64,000 bases of DNA from Azolla caroliniana (GCA_043228905.1 JBHGNT010000013.1:15624001-15688000), one strand, 5' to 3'. Positions 41,141-58,206 are shown, counted from the first letter of the stretch. The notes: generated by a model not told the origin, from the sequence alone. A program made the numbers and translations.

Positions 41141-41496
41141 ATTTGGACGTTGGTCAGAAATGAACAAACAAGTGTAATTCTAAGTAGTAAGGAAAGAGAC
41201 AAAAGATAAGACGAGGAAAAGAGAAAAGAGAGACTTCTAATTCATTGTGACAGGCCAACAACTTTTCAAAAACCATAAAAAATATTTGTATATGTCTTTT
41301 AAGCTTATTCTTGAAATTTTAAACATAAGAATGATCAAGTAGGTTTAAACTCATTTACATGAATTTGTGCACTTGGGTATTGGGTTTACAACTTGATTTG
41401 TTAGAGGGAGAGGTGAACCTTATATTATGGTGGATAGTCTTGGAGTGTGATAGAAGAACCCGATCCTCCTTACCACCCTTGAGGTATGATCAATAC

Positions 41497-41812
41497 TAAC
41501 AATTGGCAGCGGTTCGGTTAAACCAAACCGTTAAAACCGCGGTTTTGTGGTTCGGTTTCAGCTTTCAACTTAGGTCAAATTTAAAATATTTCATTATATT
41601 TAAATTTCAAAAATTTTAAGATTATCTTAAAATGTGAGAATAAGGCCTCAAAATGAAAAGATTGTTTAAAAATAATTTTTAAATTTAAAAAAAAACATTA
41701 AACTGTTTTAAACCGTGGTTTCTAACCGTTGAAACCGAGCCGAATCGCTTAAGCCGTTGAGCCACGGTTTCTCGGTTCGGTTCGGTTCAAATTGAACCAT
41801 TGCCGACTGTTA
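41497..41812. mobile_element. hAT-type MITE (TAACAAT.GGCA family)
   Basis: TIRs TAACAATTGGCAGCGG and CCATTGCCGACTGTTA, an 8-bp TSD ATCAATAC, and subterminal AACCG/CGGTT repeats. Confidence 0.88.
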
Positions 41813-44428
41813 ATCAATACATATCCAACCTACCACCCATGTTCCATATTGACGAATATGTCATAGGTTGAGGGTAGGTCACTAATATTTACAAAACAAA
41901 AGTGAAGGGTATGATCACTTATGTTAGAAAGGAACTAGTGTGAGTGGATAGAAGGAATGATAGGTGCATGGACCATCATAATCTTGTCAACAAGTAAATG
42001 GAGAGTCTTTTAGAAAAGGAAATATATTCAAGGGACCTCAATACAAGCATAAATATGAGGTCTAACTACCCCCATAAAACACATTATGTTAGAAGGTTGA
42101 AGTCTCGAGGCACCAGTGGTGTGGGCTAGGCTTTCGTCGTAACGATCGTGTTACCTATTCCAAGGTATGGGGGTCATTTTAAGTATGAGGTAACAACACG
42201 TAAAAGTACTGCAATATGGATTCGGGTGACCCACCTTCATTCAAGGATTCCGATGAATGTGAACGGTTAAAGTGAATGTTAAAGATGTAAAAACTTAGTA
42301 ACAAATGGGGGATTAATTTTATTGGACCCATCATTCCAACGACCAATGAGAAGCACTTCACCACAACAATTGATCATTGCACCTAAGTGGGTTGAGGTTT
42401 GGGTTTGCATGAGAAACAATGTTAGGTCAATGACTTTGGTCAACAAGGGTTCTAATTTCACAACCATTTCACAAAAATCATGGACACTGCACATAAGACA
42501 ACTCGAAGTAAGTCTCCTAATCAGATTATCCAAAGTCGGTGGGCCTCATTGTTCATGAGCTATCCTCGATGCGGTGAAATGAGGAACCCAAATCAAGACA
42601 CCACTTGTGGGATACCTCAATCACTCAAGGAGCATCTATGGATGTTATGCAACAACTATTTGATTCCTTCGTGTGTTGTATTTATACAACTATGAAACCC
42701 TAAATTCAATGGATTGGTATAATAGAAGAACCTATAATGGATTAGAGAGTTATCATTGTTGTAGTAATGCTCATCAATCCTCATTATTGGAGAACCCCAA
42801 AACTCTCTTACATGCCATGCCCATCATAACTAAGTTGCCCTCTTTCATGCTTTGGGCATGACAATGTCTCGACTCTCTAGTAATACCATTGTTGCTAGAA
42901 CTTCTAGTATTTCACCTCCTCCCATTGGGATTTTCCTTGGTTGAAGATCTTCTCCTTGGAACTTGTCCCCAATTCTTAACCCAACTTCACTTGGTGAGCT
43001 TCTTCTATGGCTTGTACATGTAGGATGCTTTCTACCATGTGCACCAGACATTGACTTTGACCATATCTCCTCACCAAGAAGTGCTCACATATGTCTTATG
43101 TCCTTTTATGTATTGGAATGCACAATGTAGACTACTTATTTCCAGTGGTTTGAAAAAGGTGTGCCATGAGCTCAATCACGTGCACATGTGCATGACGACA
43201 TGCATCTCTAGGTTCAAGCTCACCTTCAACCCCTTCTATTGTTGAATGATGTTGCTAAACTCATTTATGTGGCTTAAAATCAAACTTCATTTCAATCTCG
43301 TACAACCTCTATGTCAAGTACACCTCGTTTCATGCGATGATGTTCTCATATATGCTACAAACCTCATTTACACCTACCCAATTCTGGTTACTTGCCAATA
43401 TAAAGCTAGATTATCAACATGATCAATATCTTCCCCATTATTGTTTGTTTATGCCAACAAATTTCTTCCCATTCTCTAGCTTCCATTTTCACATTTTAAT
43501 TAGATGACCCGTAATTCAATTCTTCCACAATGGAAAGTTTGTGGTGTCAAACTTCTAGCTCTGAACCTCGTTTCTCTAGAGTTGTGAAGTCCCCTCAAAA
43601 GCTTAATGTGTGCCACTCTTCAATATGTATGACGACATGAACATTGTGTTTAAGGGATTCATCTCCCATGTTAGCCAAAATCTTCCCTTCTTCTCAACGA
43701 CTCATCAGTCTCTTCTTCTTCTTCTTTTGCTCCTGCCCGTCCTCCTGTTTGTGGTGGTTGTTTCTTTGCTCGACATTCTTAAAATGTTTCCAAATATCTT
43801 CCTATTTGGAGCATGGCACAAGCGGACTTGGCTCCTATACCATGTATTGGAGCTAGGGAAAGCCTAGAGTTTGACATAATCATAGAAGACCACTCTTGCC
43901 AATGAATTCAAAGGGTCGACATGTGTGCTAATGCTAAAAGACACCATATGGTGCATGTCATTCCTTGCCAGATGTGATCGACATATATGACTTTGCTACC
44001 GCATTATAATCCAATGTCTGGCAAAGACAGGAACAAATAGTTGTGAGGATGCGTAGTAATGATCGGAAGAAATTGAGCCACGTATATAACTTCTACTTCT
44101 TGGAGGGTGTCCCTCCATTCCATGGGTCCACACAAGAGAGCCTACGTTTTTACTCTTGCATACAATAAATATAACAAGAGAAAGAGGACCTCATTAAAAA
44201 CAGACGGCCAGATCTGTAATTTACCGAAACAAATTACAGAGCCTTCTTTCATTCGTCTGTGTATTTTGCATCTGCTAATCGCAGGATCGAGGGAAGGAGG
44301 AGAAGCAGGAATCGTGCGAGGTAGAGATACAGAGACGGAGAGACAGAGACAGAGGCAGAGACAGAGACAGAGACAGAGACAGGGAAAGACGCTGTTTTTC
44401 GGATCTCATACAGGAGCATAAAGAGGAT

Positions 44429-46720
<2,292 letters not shown>

Positions 46721-48636
46721 AGACAAGCTTATTAATCTTGAACCTTAAGTTAGCTTTCATCATTTGAAAACATTATCTTAATATAACTATAATTTGAGAC
46801 ATTGAACTTTGATGAATGCAACAACCAATGAACTATGCAATGTAGGAAAGCTTGGATTGTGAAGGAGTTATTAACTCACTTTTTAGATGTTCCATGATAA
46901 AATTGAAGTATATCTCTATGTTGAATTTTTAATGTAGTAACCACCATTCAAATGTCATTTTATATCAGAAATGAAGGTCTTGATGTTTTTGAATGCTAAT
47001 CTCGACATTTCAAGAAATCTAGAAAGTGGGCTATGTCTTCAGGGCTATACAGCCTCCAAATTGATGATGGCAATAAAAATGTGCATATGATCTATAATCA
47101 ATATGTGGTGTTTGTTCATTTGATTTTACCCCTTACAAAACTGGGAATCCTGTTTAAATCTAATCCGGCTTCGGGAGTCCAGTTGAGATCTAAAACGATA
47201 TGCCATTCATTGGAAAAAGGCGAAGAAAATGATACCGAAGTTGAGTAGATAAAGCCAATGCCGTGAATCATTTTCCACTGTACATAATTCCTTTCTCATG
47301 CTGCTGAGTTGAACCGAGCAATCCACAAATGATGAGGTTGAAAAGGAAGAGGAAGAAAAAAGAATTCTTCGACTCTCACCAGGATATAAGGGACAGATCG
47401 GGCTTTGGTGTTTATAAGCCACCTAGTGCCATCGGAACACCACTTTTGTTGGTGTAAAATTATCCATTCAATTATTTTGTTGAGGGGATTGGTGTAATCT
47501 GAACACCACTTTTTTGATCCCAACATTCGCTTGTGTTCCAGATCTTGTCCGATTGCAAAAAACAATATGGGAACAATCAAGTGCATAGTGTTCTTAATGA
47601 TATGTCTTTGGGGTTTGGCGTATATACAGCCTCAAAAGCTCATGTTTTATTTCTCTCATGATAAAAAGCTTAGATGAGGTGCAACTATTTAAAACACTCA
47701 TCAGCGTTAATTCAAAAATCAATGTGAATTTAAAAAAATCAAGGTTGTGGAAGGGTATTGTGAAAGCTGAGAATCTTAATAATTATTAGAAAACCAGGAA
47801 GTTTGTTTGATGTATAGCAAAAGACATTGGCTACTTCTCTGATCAAAGAAGGCAATGACAACGTATGTGAAAGACTAAACTTATTCCACTTCCAGAAACG
47901 GGTAAGCCTCTGCCACTTCAGGGATTCCAAGAAATGAAGCTCTCCAAGAGGAGAATTTTCAAGGCAAGTATTCAGTTCATACTTTCAGTTCCATTTGGGT
48001 ACCCAATTATAGGACAGGAAAGTTGTTCAATCACGATAGAATGTAGATGATTTTGATAGATGATGATGATTACACCTACATACATAATTGGATTCAACCG
48101 ACTGTAAATTCTTTTATATTATGTCCGTTGGAATGATGATTTGCATAGATGATGATTACATAACTGGATTTAACGTTTGACTGGACATTTTTTGATATTA
48201 TGTCAATTAGAATGTGAACACAACTAACAGATATAATACATTGATTAAGAACAAACGACATAAGAGAATCACAAACTGAAAGGAGGTTCACAACGCAAAA
48301 AATCATCTTAGATTGGTAACAAACAAAGAATCAAATGATTGCTTATAATGTAACCAGCCTGAATGAAGCAGCCATGCATTAATTGAGCAAAACACTTTAT
48401 ATTCTATATATGTTTATATATGTTTCATATGTATATTTTGTTTGATTTGAATACATCATCAGTATCCATGCACTATTGACTGGTTGACTAGGGTTTTTCT
48501 GCATTCAGACCCAAAAACCGTCCATGGCATATACAATCGCCGTTGGAGCACAACACTTCTTGTGAACCACACAAACAAACAAAAAAAACAGAACGAGGAA
48601 AACAATGCCAGAAGATGTTGATAAGCATGATGATAG

Positions 48637-51290
48637 TCATTTGGCAGAATGGCTCTCATCTGAAGCAGCATCAGTTGGAGTAGAATTAGCTTTCACAATG
48701 GTTGGAGGACTAAGCAGGGCTACTGAGCTATACTTAGCTTGCGAATATTTCCTGTGAACCACTGTCACATTCCCTTTCGCTGCAGTGCTATGCAAACCAA
48801 CAATTAAGCTCGCACATTCTCTGTCAAACCCATGAAAGAGAAAGCCTAATCAGTTCCAAAACATGTGGAGTAAAGAAAATGTATATATGTAGATCAATCT
48901 GCTTTACGTATGAGATGATGGTGATATATGAATTTCTTACATGATATCCGACTCTTTGTAACCTGAATGCCATTTCAGAGTTGCATTCCATCTGGCTTCT
49001 TCACCGGATTTCAATGTGTTCTTTGCCAGATAGACCGCTGAGGCAGCAAGCATGGACGGTGAAAACTTCACCATCGCATAATCTACCAAGCATAATTCCA
49101 CAAAGTAGAAGGCCAACATATTCATCTGCACGTATATATATACATACACGTAGATGGGTTTAGTTAGATGATGTATAACCCAAATTAATCCATTTAAGGT
49201 GTGTCACGAGAATGCATTACACCTGCTGGTCAGAAGCAGCAGCTTTAAGAATCCTAACCAAAAACACGTAGGGTGTGGGGATGCACATGTTGAACTTTAA
49301 AGTATTAAGCATACGTTTCTCCTGGATCATGCATAAAATTAAGAGTGTTAGTCCAGACAAACAAGTGGGGGTTGAATCACGAAAGTGTGCTGCATGTTTA
49401 CCATATCTAGAATCTGTTGTCTAGTATACGCATTGTCTGAAATAATGATGAAATCTTTAATCTGAAAACAAAACAACCACCACAGTGAAAGAGTGTACTC
49501 TCTGTATAGATATTTCATATGACAGCACAAGAATTACTCGCCTCTGGTGCCCATATTTCTTCGTATTTAGAGGCCACCAGCATAGCTGTCATCCCAACCA
49601 GCTGCAAATTCTTCCTTTCTATAGGTTGTAATGCCAAGTAACGATCAATTATATTCGTAGTGAGGAACAGTGTCTCAGGCATGAGCTTGAATTTAAAATG
49701 AACCTGATAGTGGAACAAAGAGAGGATGTAAATCAGTGTAGCTCTTTAAAATACTATCCATCCATCAGTCCTTAAAATGATCACACACTACCTCAATGAG
49801 CCAGTCAATAAGAACAGCTCTCATCTTTTCATTGATTTCAGACTGCTTGGACATGTAAGTTGGAGGTACACAACTTTGCACCTGAAATGTTACAAGGTTA
49901 AGCAAAGACTGTTATTAGGTTATCAAGTTCATGACATGGAACAAATTCAGTTTCCGGATCGCTCTCCATACCTCGGTTTTCCGGTAGAAACTGTAGATAT
50001 CTTCCACATAATCCACCACCGCTAACAGATCATCGATGTCAGCTGCATCAATGTCGGTTCGTGGCTCTTCAACCAGCTTTTTCTTGAAACCACCAGACGC
50101 AGCCTGGTCATTAAAGAAACAACGCTGTTCAAGTTGTATGTATCTTTCCTGGGATATCTAAGAATATATTTTCAGTAGATATAAGCAAAGAAGATGGAAC
50201 AATGTTTTACCTCGCTTCTAGCTGTGAGCATCGCGGTGAGGGTTCTCCCTCTTCTTCCTGCTGCAGCACGCATATTTTTTGCATTAGGCAAGGCTTTCGG
50301 CCGTGCCGGATGCACAGGAACATCCTTTGATGCTGCAACCTTAGATTCTGCGTTGTTATCTGTCACAGCATCTCCATCTACAGTTTCTTTTGTATCTGTC
50401 TGATTATTAGCTAACTGTGCAACAAAACTCCTGAAATCCAAGAAAAGACTGTAAGATTATTTTCTCCTTTAAGACCTGTGAACGATCTGTAGCCAAAAAT
50501 ACCTCGTAATAGGCCTGTCTACTACAGGTATTATCAGCTTCTTCTCCGGATTTCGTATTCTGTAGTAGCAGATAACACGAATAACTACAACAACCCATAT
50601 AGAACAACGATAAATCTGTATATATTTGTTCCCAACATACTCCATATGACCGTCTTTTGTTGCATTTGAACGGGGGACCACATTTCCTATGTCTCCCAGG
50701 GCTCGTCGATTGTTAACAGGAGCAGCCTGAGATTTACCTAGTCCAGCTCCTACAGTAACTTTTCCATTAAAACCTTTATTCAATTCTGAAAAACTATTGT
50801 GTAGAAAGAAATTAATTCGATTAATTGTTTATGAAGTACCCTTGGTTGCTTTTATTTCCCCTCTCTTGTTCTCATCTTGATGAAGAGCTGCTTGCTGCTG
50901 AAACATCTCGTCAGGAATCAGTGAGAGTCCAAACAATAATACGTTGTTGCGTCAAACACAGCAAAAAATAAAATATTTGAGATCATTCCGTTCTCCTTAG
51001 GTACACATTTAGTTCGAGTTTGTACATTATCTCAGTCCCACAATGTCGAAATGTCGTGAAACTATGTAATATAACGGTCTTGCATATCAACAGCAAAGTC
51101 CAACGAAAGTACCCCATGAAATGAAGGTGTATCTAAATACGTATACACATATTGACAGGGCATCTAAACATGTATACCCATAGAGACTACAATCCTTCAC
51201 TCTCCTGAGAGCCAGAATTTAGCTCAAATGTAATTGAACCGTGCGAAACCATAGTCAGGATCGGCATTCGCTTACCCTGGTTTCATACAT
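48637..51290 (-). CDS. CYCB: Mitotic B-type cyclin, 12 exons
   Basis: Exons: 51290-51276, 50897-50840, 50785-50641, 50559-50503, 50430-50211, 50103-49972, 49881-49792, 49703-49542, 49461-49402, 49321-49223, 49125-48941, 48820-48637. D-box [16 protein letters not shown] and cyclin box [27 protein letters not shown] are present. The short first exon is the least certain. Confidence 0.92.
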
Positions 51291-51619
51291 GATGAAGATC
51301 GTACAGGAACGACGTGATCCTCGAAAAGATGCAAAGATCTGAGAGACAGGGAGAAAAAAAACAGACAAAAAACAAAACATCAAAGAGAAGCATCGAGCAG
51401 AGAAAGGTGAAAAGCAAATAGAAGACAGGAAATAACGAAGGGGCGGTTGAGGAATCTGGGAAGCTTACCAGAGAGGGGAACAGTGTGCGTCTGTGTCTGT
51501 GTGATCTGATGATTTCTGCGAAGGAAAAGATGAGAAGGAGAAGGAGAAGGAGAAGATGATTTCTGCGTTTCTTTGGAATTTATTTCATGCAAATCCTCTC
51601 AAGGCCCATTCCATTGCCT

Positions 51620-51740
51620 CCTCAATAACGGTAACATATAGTTCCGCTCGATCCATCACAGCCGTCCATCCCATCGATCGAACGACTCCCCTTTCACCGC
51701 CCTAAAATCCCCCCACATTTCAATCTTTACCGTTTTTGTT
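51620..51740. promoter_or_regulatory. Cluster of MSA-like (AACGG) elements in the cyclin B promoter
   Basis: TAACGG at ~51625, CCGTTT at ~51730, and the variants GATCGAACGAC, GATCGAGCGG (rc) and GATGGACGG (rc). Confidence 0.45.
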
Positions 51741-54149
51741 GAGGTTAATAAACCTAAAGTAGTAACTATTAAAACCCTTTTGTGTGTATATATTGTGGTG
51801 TATATACATATATGTACATACGTATATATACACAAAAAGGCTTAATAGTTGAGGGTGTATATACATACATACCCCGAACTACTTCTCTACTATGCGTGTT
51901 ATGTACATTTTGTTGACATTTACCCCTAGGGTAACTTGAAAGGAGAACGATCGAGGAATAGTGCCATCCCCTACATCTGCAAGTCTCGTGCCCTTCATTT
52001 GCAAGTATCTAACCAGAAAACTCGGATGACGGGTGTGGATTGGACGCAAATTGCCCAAGTGTCAGCCAATCACCTACCTAGCATTTTGCATGTACGCTTT
52101 GTGGAATGGTATCACACATATTACACACTAATTATTGTGCATCAAAGTGTGGTCCATTCATTACACCGACTCAAGATGGTCATGGCTTTGAATCTCTCCA
52201 TTCTTCATTGAGTTACATATATTAATATTGGCTTCGAATCTCTCCTTCCTAACATAATGATTTTGTACAAGATTGTTCATTGATCCAAATCCTCTTTGGT
52301 TGCATGAATGAGATATAGTATATCATATTTCTCACAAATTCCAATTTAATAATCTTCTTTGATTATCTGCATTAATAGAGTTTGAGAGATACACATCCCA
52401 ACTATAATTTGTGTTGCATACATGGCATATCTACTACATTAGCTTACAATACCATACATGTTCGATACATGACAAATCGACAATAAATGTATTCATCCCC
52501 TAGGGGCATCTTTTGGCTAGTTCTATGTGTTGCCAATGGAGTGCCTATTTGAGTGGGGTTATTACCATTACAAATTGAGCATCGATAACTTGCATGTTTA
52601 AGTTATCCATTTGTGCCACCAATTTTAGTAGAAGGAATTACCATTACATCTAACTAACTAACTAACCATTTAACTATATATGTTTTTATTTGTAAGCACA
52701 AAGAACCATATCCAAGGGCATCATTTTTTGTGGTTCTATTGCTTTGGCAAAACAATCCTTTTATTGCATAAATACAAGTTTGTTCGACTTGGATCAAAAT
52801 GGCACTATTTGACAAACCAAGATGTTATACCACCTAAGAGCATTGTTTCAACCAAACTCTGATATAGAATCCAAACCCTAATTGATAAATATCGCTATTT
52901 GTATGAAGGTCACGAGAGATAGTGCACATCATTTGGTGGTGGGGGCCATATATTTTGAATCTTGTATTTGTAATTTGAGACACTAAGTTGATAGATTTCC
53001 TAGAGTTTGATGTAGCATATATTTACAATCAATGATTCTTGTATATATTGTGTGTCATGCAAGATACATAAGTTGCCAACAATTTTAAGAGTTAAAAGTT
53101 GCCACAACAACCTCACGAAGGCAAGGATTTCCATGGGCCATGATGGCCATGACTATTTGGCACAATTGTCGAAACATTATTCGGTTTCAAATGCCTCATT
53201 GCTAGATGTCATCATCCAAAGTTTATGAAGTGGGCACAAACAACAATTGTTTTAATAAACTCGAGGATACTTTAGGATTAAAGTTGCAAGTCTTGTTGAA
53301 AAGCCTACATGTGGAATTGGGTCCAAGAGTTCCCTTCTAAAATATTCTCTCATTTTTGTAAGAAGGTTGTTAGATGTTTTCTATTGTTGCACTTTTATAA
53401 GAATGCATTAGAGAGGATTGGGCATGATAGTTCAATTGGCAATTAGTTACATCATTTCTTCCCTTCCTAAATTGTGATTGCTCTCTATAATCTCTAGAAT
53501 AGCAACGAACCACCTCATGTTCATACTTTATTTTCTTGTAGTACGAACAAGTTCTTCAACTCAACTCTATATATACTCATTCCTAAAGTAAGTAATGAAA
53601 ATTTTCGTCAAATATACGTAGTCTAAACTTATAGATGTTTAATGGGTGGTTCAATCGAGAGAGACTTCGAAGTAAACAAATTGGGCATTCAACTACAGGT
53701 ATTCAAAACTCTCCCATCATTTAATTCAATGTTACCTCAAGGATATATATATAGAAAGACATTGCCCCAATAAGGCTTGGAATATGAGAATTCCAATTTT
53801 TACCTACACAAGAAAGTTAAATACTCTTTGATTGGTTTTATCTCATATATATATATATATATATACTCAATAGTTTAATAAACAATTGTACAACTTGTCG
53901 TAGTGAAGATGTAACTAGCAATCATTAATTTAAGACAACTTTCATGGAGTTCGACTTGATTAGAATGCAAATTTTCTCATGGAAGCTTATAAGTTAAAAT
54001 ATCCCACAATGTCATTACCTTTTGAGCATATAAATGCTGATTATACGATAATAGCTCAAAAACTACTTCAAGTACATATAGCAAGCGTTTTTAGAAGCAT
54101 TCAATGACAACACTTGATTATAAGACTCAAAACTTGATAATTATTACTA

Positions 54150-54462
54150 GGGAAAAGTACCAGGATACCCCTGGAAGTTCGTCTATTTACCAGAATGCCC
54201 CTGGAAGTTCCAAATTTACCAAACTACCTCTATGTCCAAAAAATTACACTTTATAAAGTAATTATACACTCAAATCTTTGGTAAATAAGGCTAGTTCGGG
54301 TCCATTTCTTCCATCTTTGGTAAATAGGGCTTGTAGATTTGAGTGTATAATTACTTTATAAAGTGTAATTTTTTGGGCATAGGGGTAGTTTGGTAAATTT
54401 GGAACTTCTAGGGGCATTCTGGTAAATAGACGAACTTCCAGGGGTATCATGGTACTTTTCCC
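54150..54462. mobile_element. Mutator-like fold-back MITE, copy 2
   Basis: Very similar to 11382-11695. A 9-bp TSD TTATTACTA is at 54141-54149 and 54463-54471. Confidence 0.9.
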
Positions 54463-54528
54463 TTATTACTATTCATATTTGATAGCTTAATCAAAGGTTA
54501 ATTAGAAGAATTCAATTATAATGTTTAA

Positions 54529-54723
54529 CAAAGGCATGCCCTTAATGAGGATGAGATTAAATTCATTGTGCCTCATATGATTCATATGCATGGTCAAATG
54601 GAGGACATACATTTCTCTCAATCACAAAGGCATGCCCTCAATGAGGATGAGATTAAATTCATTGTGCCTCATACGATTCATATACCTGGTCAAATGGAGG
54701 ACATACATTTCTCTCAATCACAA
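54529..54723. repeat. ~97-bp tandem duplication
   Basis: CAAAGGCATGCCC..ATGAGGATGAGATTAAATTC..TCTCAATCACAA occurs twice. Confidence 0.9.
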
Positions 54724-55959
54724 TGATATGCAAGGTCAATTGCAAGTATTCATTTGTAAAGTTCCTTGACATTAGAAATCATTTATCAACTCCACACACT
54801 ACATGAAACATCGATTCTTAAGGAATAGGTTAATTCTATCACATCTATAATTGCCCATTCTTGCCAAAATGGAATAGATGAATTTTGACACATCTACTAT
54901 CCATTCTTACATGAATTCTAGAATGCCCCCGTACAATTGCTCTGTAATTAGGCATTAGAGAGTGTACGCTTCAAAATGGGTTTGCTTTGTTAGAGTGCTA
55001 GTTGTCGAAGTTGCTAGTAACATGCGACAACCTACAACACTTCAATCTCAAGTAGCAAGATTATTCGAAGTTGTTATGCCAAGTATGCTTGAATTTCCAA
55101 GTTCTCGAGCCTATCCAACATTTTGATGCCCTTTACATCTAGGGGCGGTCACTACATTGTGTCAAGGTTCCCTTTAGTATGTTCCCTTTTGATTTTTCCT
55201 CATTGAAATGATACCAATTTCACATGACTTTTGTTGACTTCCAATAATTGGAGCCACATTGTTGAGGAATTAACAAAGACTTAGGCCACCACCATTGTAG
55301 ATAGAGTACCTAACTACTTTCCACCACCGCTAGCTTGTGTCACTTATTCAATGATGTCCCTGTTTGCAGCCAATGGTCAGAGAAGTTAGGGTTTGAACAC
55401 TTACTCGCCCAAAGATTGGAAGTTGATGGTAGCATTTGAAATACTTACAACATTTGGAACACCATATAACAACTTCTTGAAGCCCATAGGATGTAACATG
55501 ACCTCAATTTGATGCTTGTTGATGACAAATGGTGGAGTATATACAAGTGACGACAAAAGCATTTTGCTAAGAATAGGTGACATATGCAATTGAACTTCAC
55601 TTTGTCTAGGTGAACTTTTACAAGGAAAAGATGTATGATTCTGGAATGTCGGAGACATTAGCCTCGTCCCAAGCACAAACAAGGTGTGAGCAAGGGCTTC
55701 AAGTATAATGCCAATCAAGAGGTTCATACAACCCTCCCTAGAAACATAAGAGGTGTAAGCATGCTCTTCAAATAGAATGTTTCTCAATAGGCCCTAAGAT
55801 CCATTTGAAGCATTGCTAAGAGGTATTTGTAGCCTTTAGAGTAGAAGAAGCCCTTATAACCCTCTTTTATCATATGTTTAAGTCGCCTTCAATTTGATTA
55901 ACTAGAATTATATTGTGGTCATTTTTAGGAGCAGAGGATGAAATGAGAAGTAGTGGAAG

Positions 55960-56777
55960 CAAATTCCTAGAAAACTTGCCTTGTTTAGATGGTCGTCGGT
56001 ACATTATGGCATTCCTGTGAAGTCATGGATGAGGGGACATTGCCATGATTTAAAATGTGCTAGTTGCGGTTTTCCCCGTGAAACGGTTCACCATGTTTTA
56101 TGGGTATGTCCTATTGTTAGAGCAGTATGGAAAATAATGTTGAGAATTTTGTATCCTATTTAATATTTATGGTAAACAGGTGTACACATGGGGTTTTGTG
56201 AGATGGGGAAGGTTGGTTGAAGACATACAAAATTACGAAAGGGACTATGTTGATTTTCTTCTCCTCTTTGATGGAAGACATGTATTGGAGGTTTCTTATA
56301 CTACACCAATACATTGTTCGGAAGAGGACAAGGTTTGGTCTACGATATGTTCTTTAGTAGTTTGGGTATTATGGAAGGCAAGATGTAAGTGTGTATTTCA
56401 AAAAGTCAAACTGAATGCGGTTGAGTTAGTCAAAGAGATATGGTTGATGCACTTGCATATTCTAAAAGGTCAATATGAGGCAATACCTGGTGAACTTGAT
56501 GTTGAGTTTCGTAAGCTTAAAGCAACAACATTTTGAGAAATTTGGAAAAATGCAGAGGCCTTCACCGTTTTTGGGGAGAGAATAAAGTGGAGATATGGTC
56601 CACCAAGTTGGCTTTTTCCGCCCCATGTTGTGGAAGTACACTGCATGAGGGCGTCCGCTACTAGACATGTTGATTGAAGTGGGTAGGAGGGTTATAATTT
56701 ATTGCATGTATTCTTTGTAGCCATTGGGCATCTTTTCATTGATACCAAGGTGAATCTTGACTTTAAAAAAAAAAAAA
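55960..56777 (+). mobile_element. 5'-truncated L1-like LINE (zf-RVT fragment) with poly(A) tail
   Basis: Motifs CASC..ETVHHVLWVC and VWVLWKARC. Poly(A) at 56765-56777. A 15-bp TSD GAGAAGTAGTGGAAG is at 55945-55959 and 56778-56792. Confidence 0.88.
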
Positions 56778-58206
56778 GAGAAGTAGTGGAAGGTTTACAT
56801 ATTCATGGGATTGACCTAGGAAGGGATGATAACAAAAACTAAGGTAATTTGCAAGAATTATATTAATATGTAAATGAGGTTTTGATCAACTGTATAGGAG
56901 GATGGGGGGAAAAAATTAAGTGATAATGTATTATATAATTAGGTTTTAATATTACACAAATCTAACAAACATTTGAGGGCTTTGGAGAGTTTGGGACTAT
57001 GTTGAATTGCAATGGTTTGATAAGAATTAGGGACCTCAATATATATTTCCTAACCCTTAAGATCAACAATATAGATTGTATTAATCCAATGAGGAAAAAA
57101 AAAGGGAAATTTGAGGAAATAGGAGAAGGGGTAGCTAAGGAATATTATTCATATAGTTTAGTTATTTATGCTTTTATTTAAATGGAAGGGTGTTTCACAA
57201 ACTTCAAGTTCCCTAATAGTGTGTTGAGTAGCCGGGGGTGGGGGGGGAGAAGTTTGGAACCTATGCTTTTGGTGGAGGCTAGCTCCTTGTCAATCATGTG
57301 TAACACACTAGACGTCATCTGACTAGTTGTCAAACAACGACAATTTCTGCGATAGGGTTTGCGGGCCATCAACTGCTAACAATTTGATGAATCAAGTTTT
57401 TTTTGAAGGGGCCAACACAACTCATACCTTGAGTGTTGCACTCCCAAGGGTCAATATTAAAACTTTGACCCATGAATTCGGGGATGTCAATTCGCAATGG
57501 CAAATACTATGTCATCATAAAAGCACTTACCTCTCTATTCCATTCAACCATGGAAAGTAGTAAAGGCTTGTTTAATTAAACTAAAATCAACACGTGCGTA
57601 GGAATCACAACGTCATTTAAGAAATATGATTGTTATAATTAAAATAGATAATTACTAAATACATATGGATAGATAATTCCTAAGTAAAAAAACATAAAGT
57701 GTCTCAATCGTAAAGTTGTGGTACCAAAAGGCTCCTTTAACATGAGCTCTATCATGGTTTTTTCACAATTACAAGCCTATTGGGCATTATTGAATGCTAC
57801 CTTATAAATTGTAGTTCCCCCCAAATTTACAATAGGACAATGTTTCTTGTACATATACATTTGGCTAGTGACAAGTATTCTAGATTGGAAACATTAAGTG
57901 CATAATATTGTTGAAACTAAAGAAAATTATATGATTTTGCACAATATTTTGTTTGTGAGTGTTCTAATGGGGTTCCTTGATCATTAAATATGCTCTAAAA
58001 TATGACTTACAATTGTTCTAAAAAACAAATAAACTTAGAAGAAATGTTTTATATTAAACCCTTATACATGGTTATAAACTTTGTGGGATTTTAAGAGACT
58101 TTCAACAAATTCAACAAGATTATCAAATATATTAGTACTTTTACATAGGGTGAATAGAATTTACAATATGAAAATCTGGTGGGAATCCTTGATTAACAGT
58201 GGCAAG

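Noticed and set aside
41900-43900. Possible decayed LTR-retrotransposon sequence
   Set aside because: No motif or boundary can be recognised with confidence without a homology search.
47033-47970. Short ORFs between convergent RPN11 and cyclin B
   Set aside because: No recognisable domain or consistent exon chain.
52000-55900. Possible highly decayed minus-strand LINE remnants around the MITE
   Set aside because: Only faint RT-like hints; coordinates cannot be supported.
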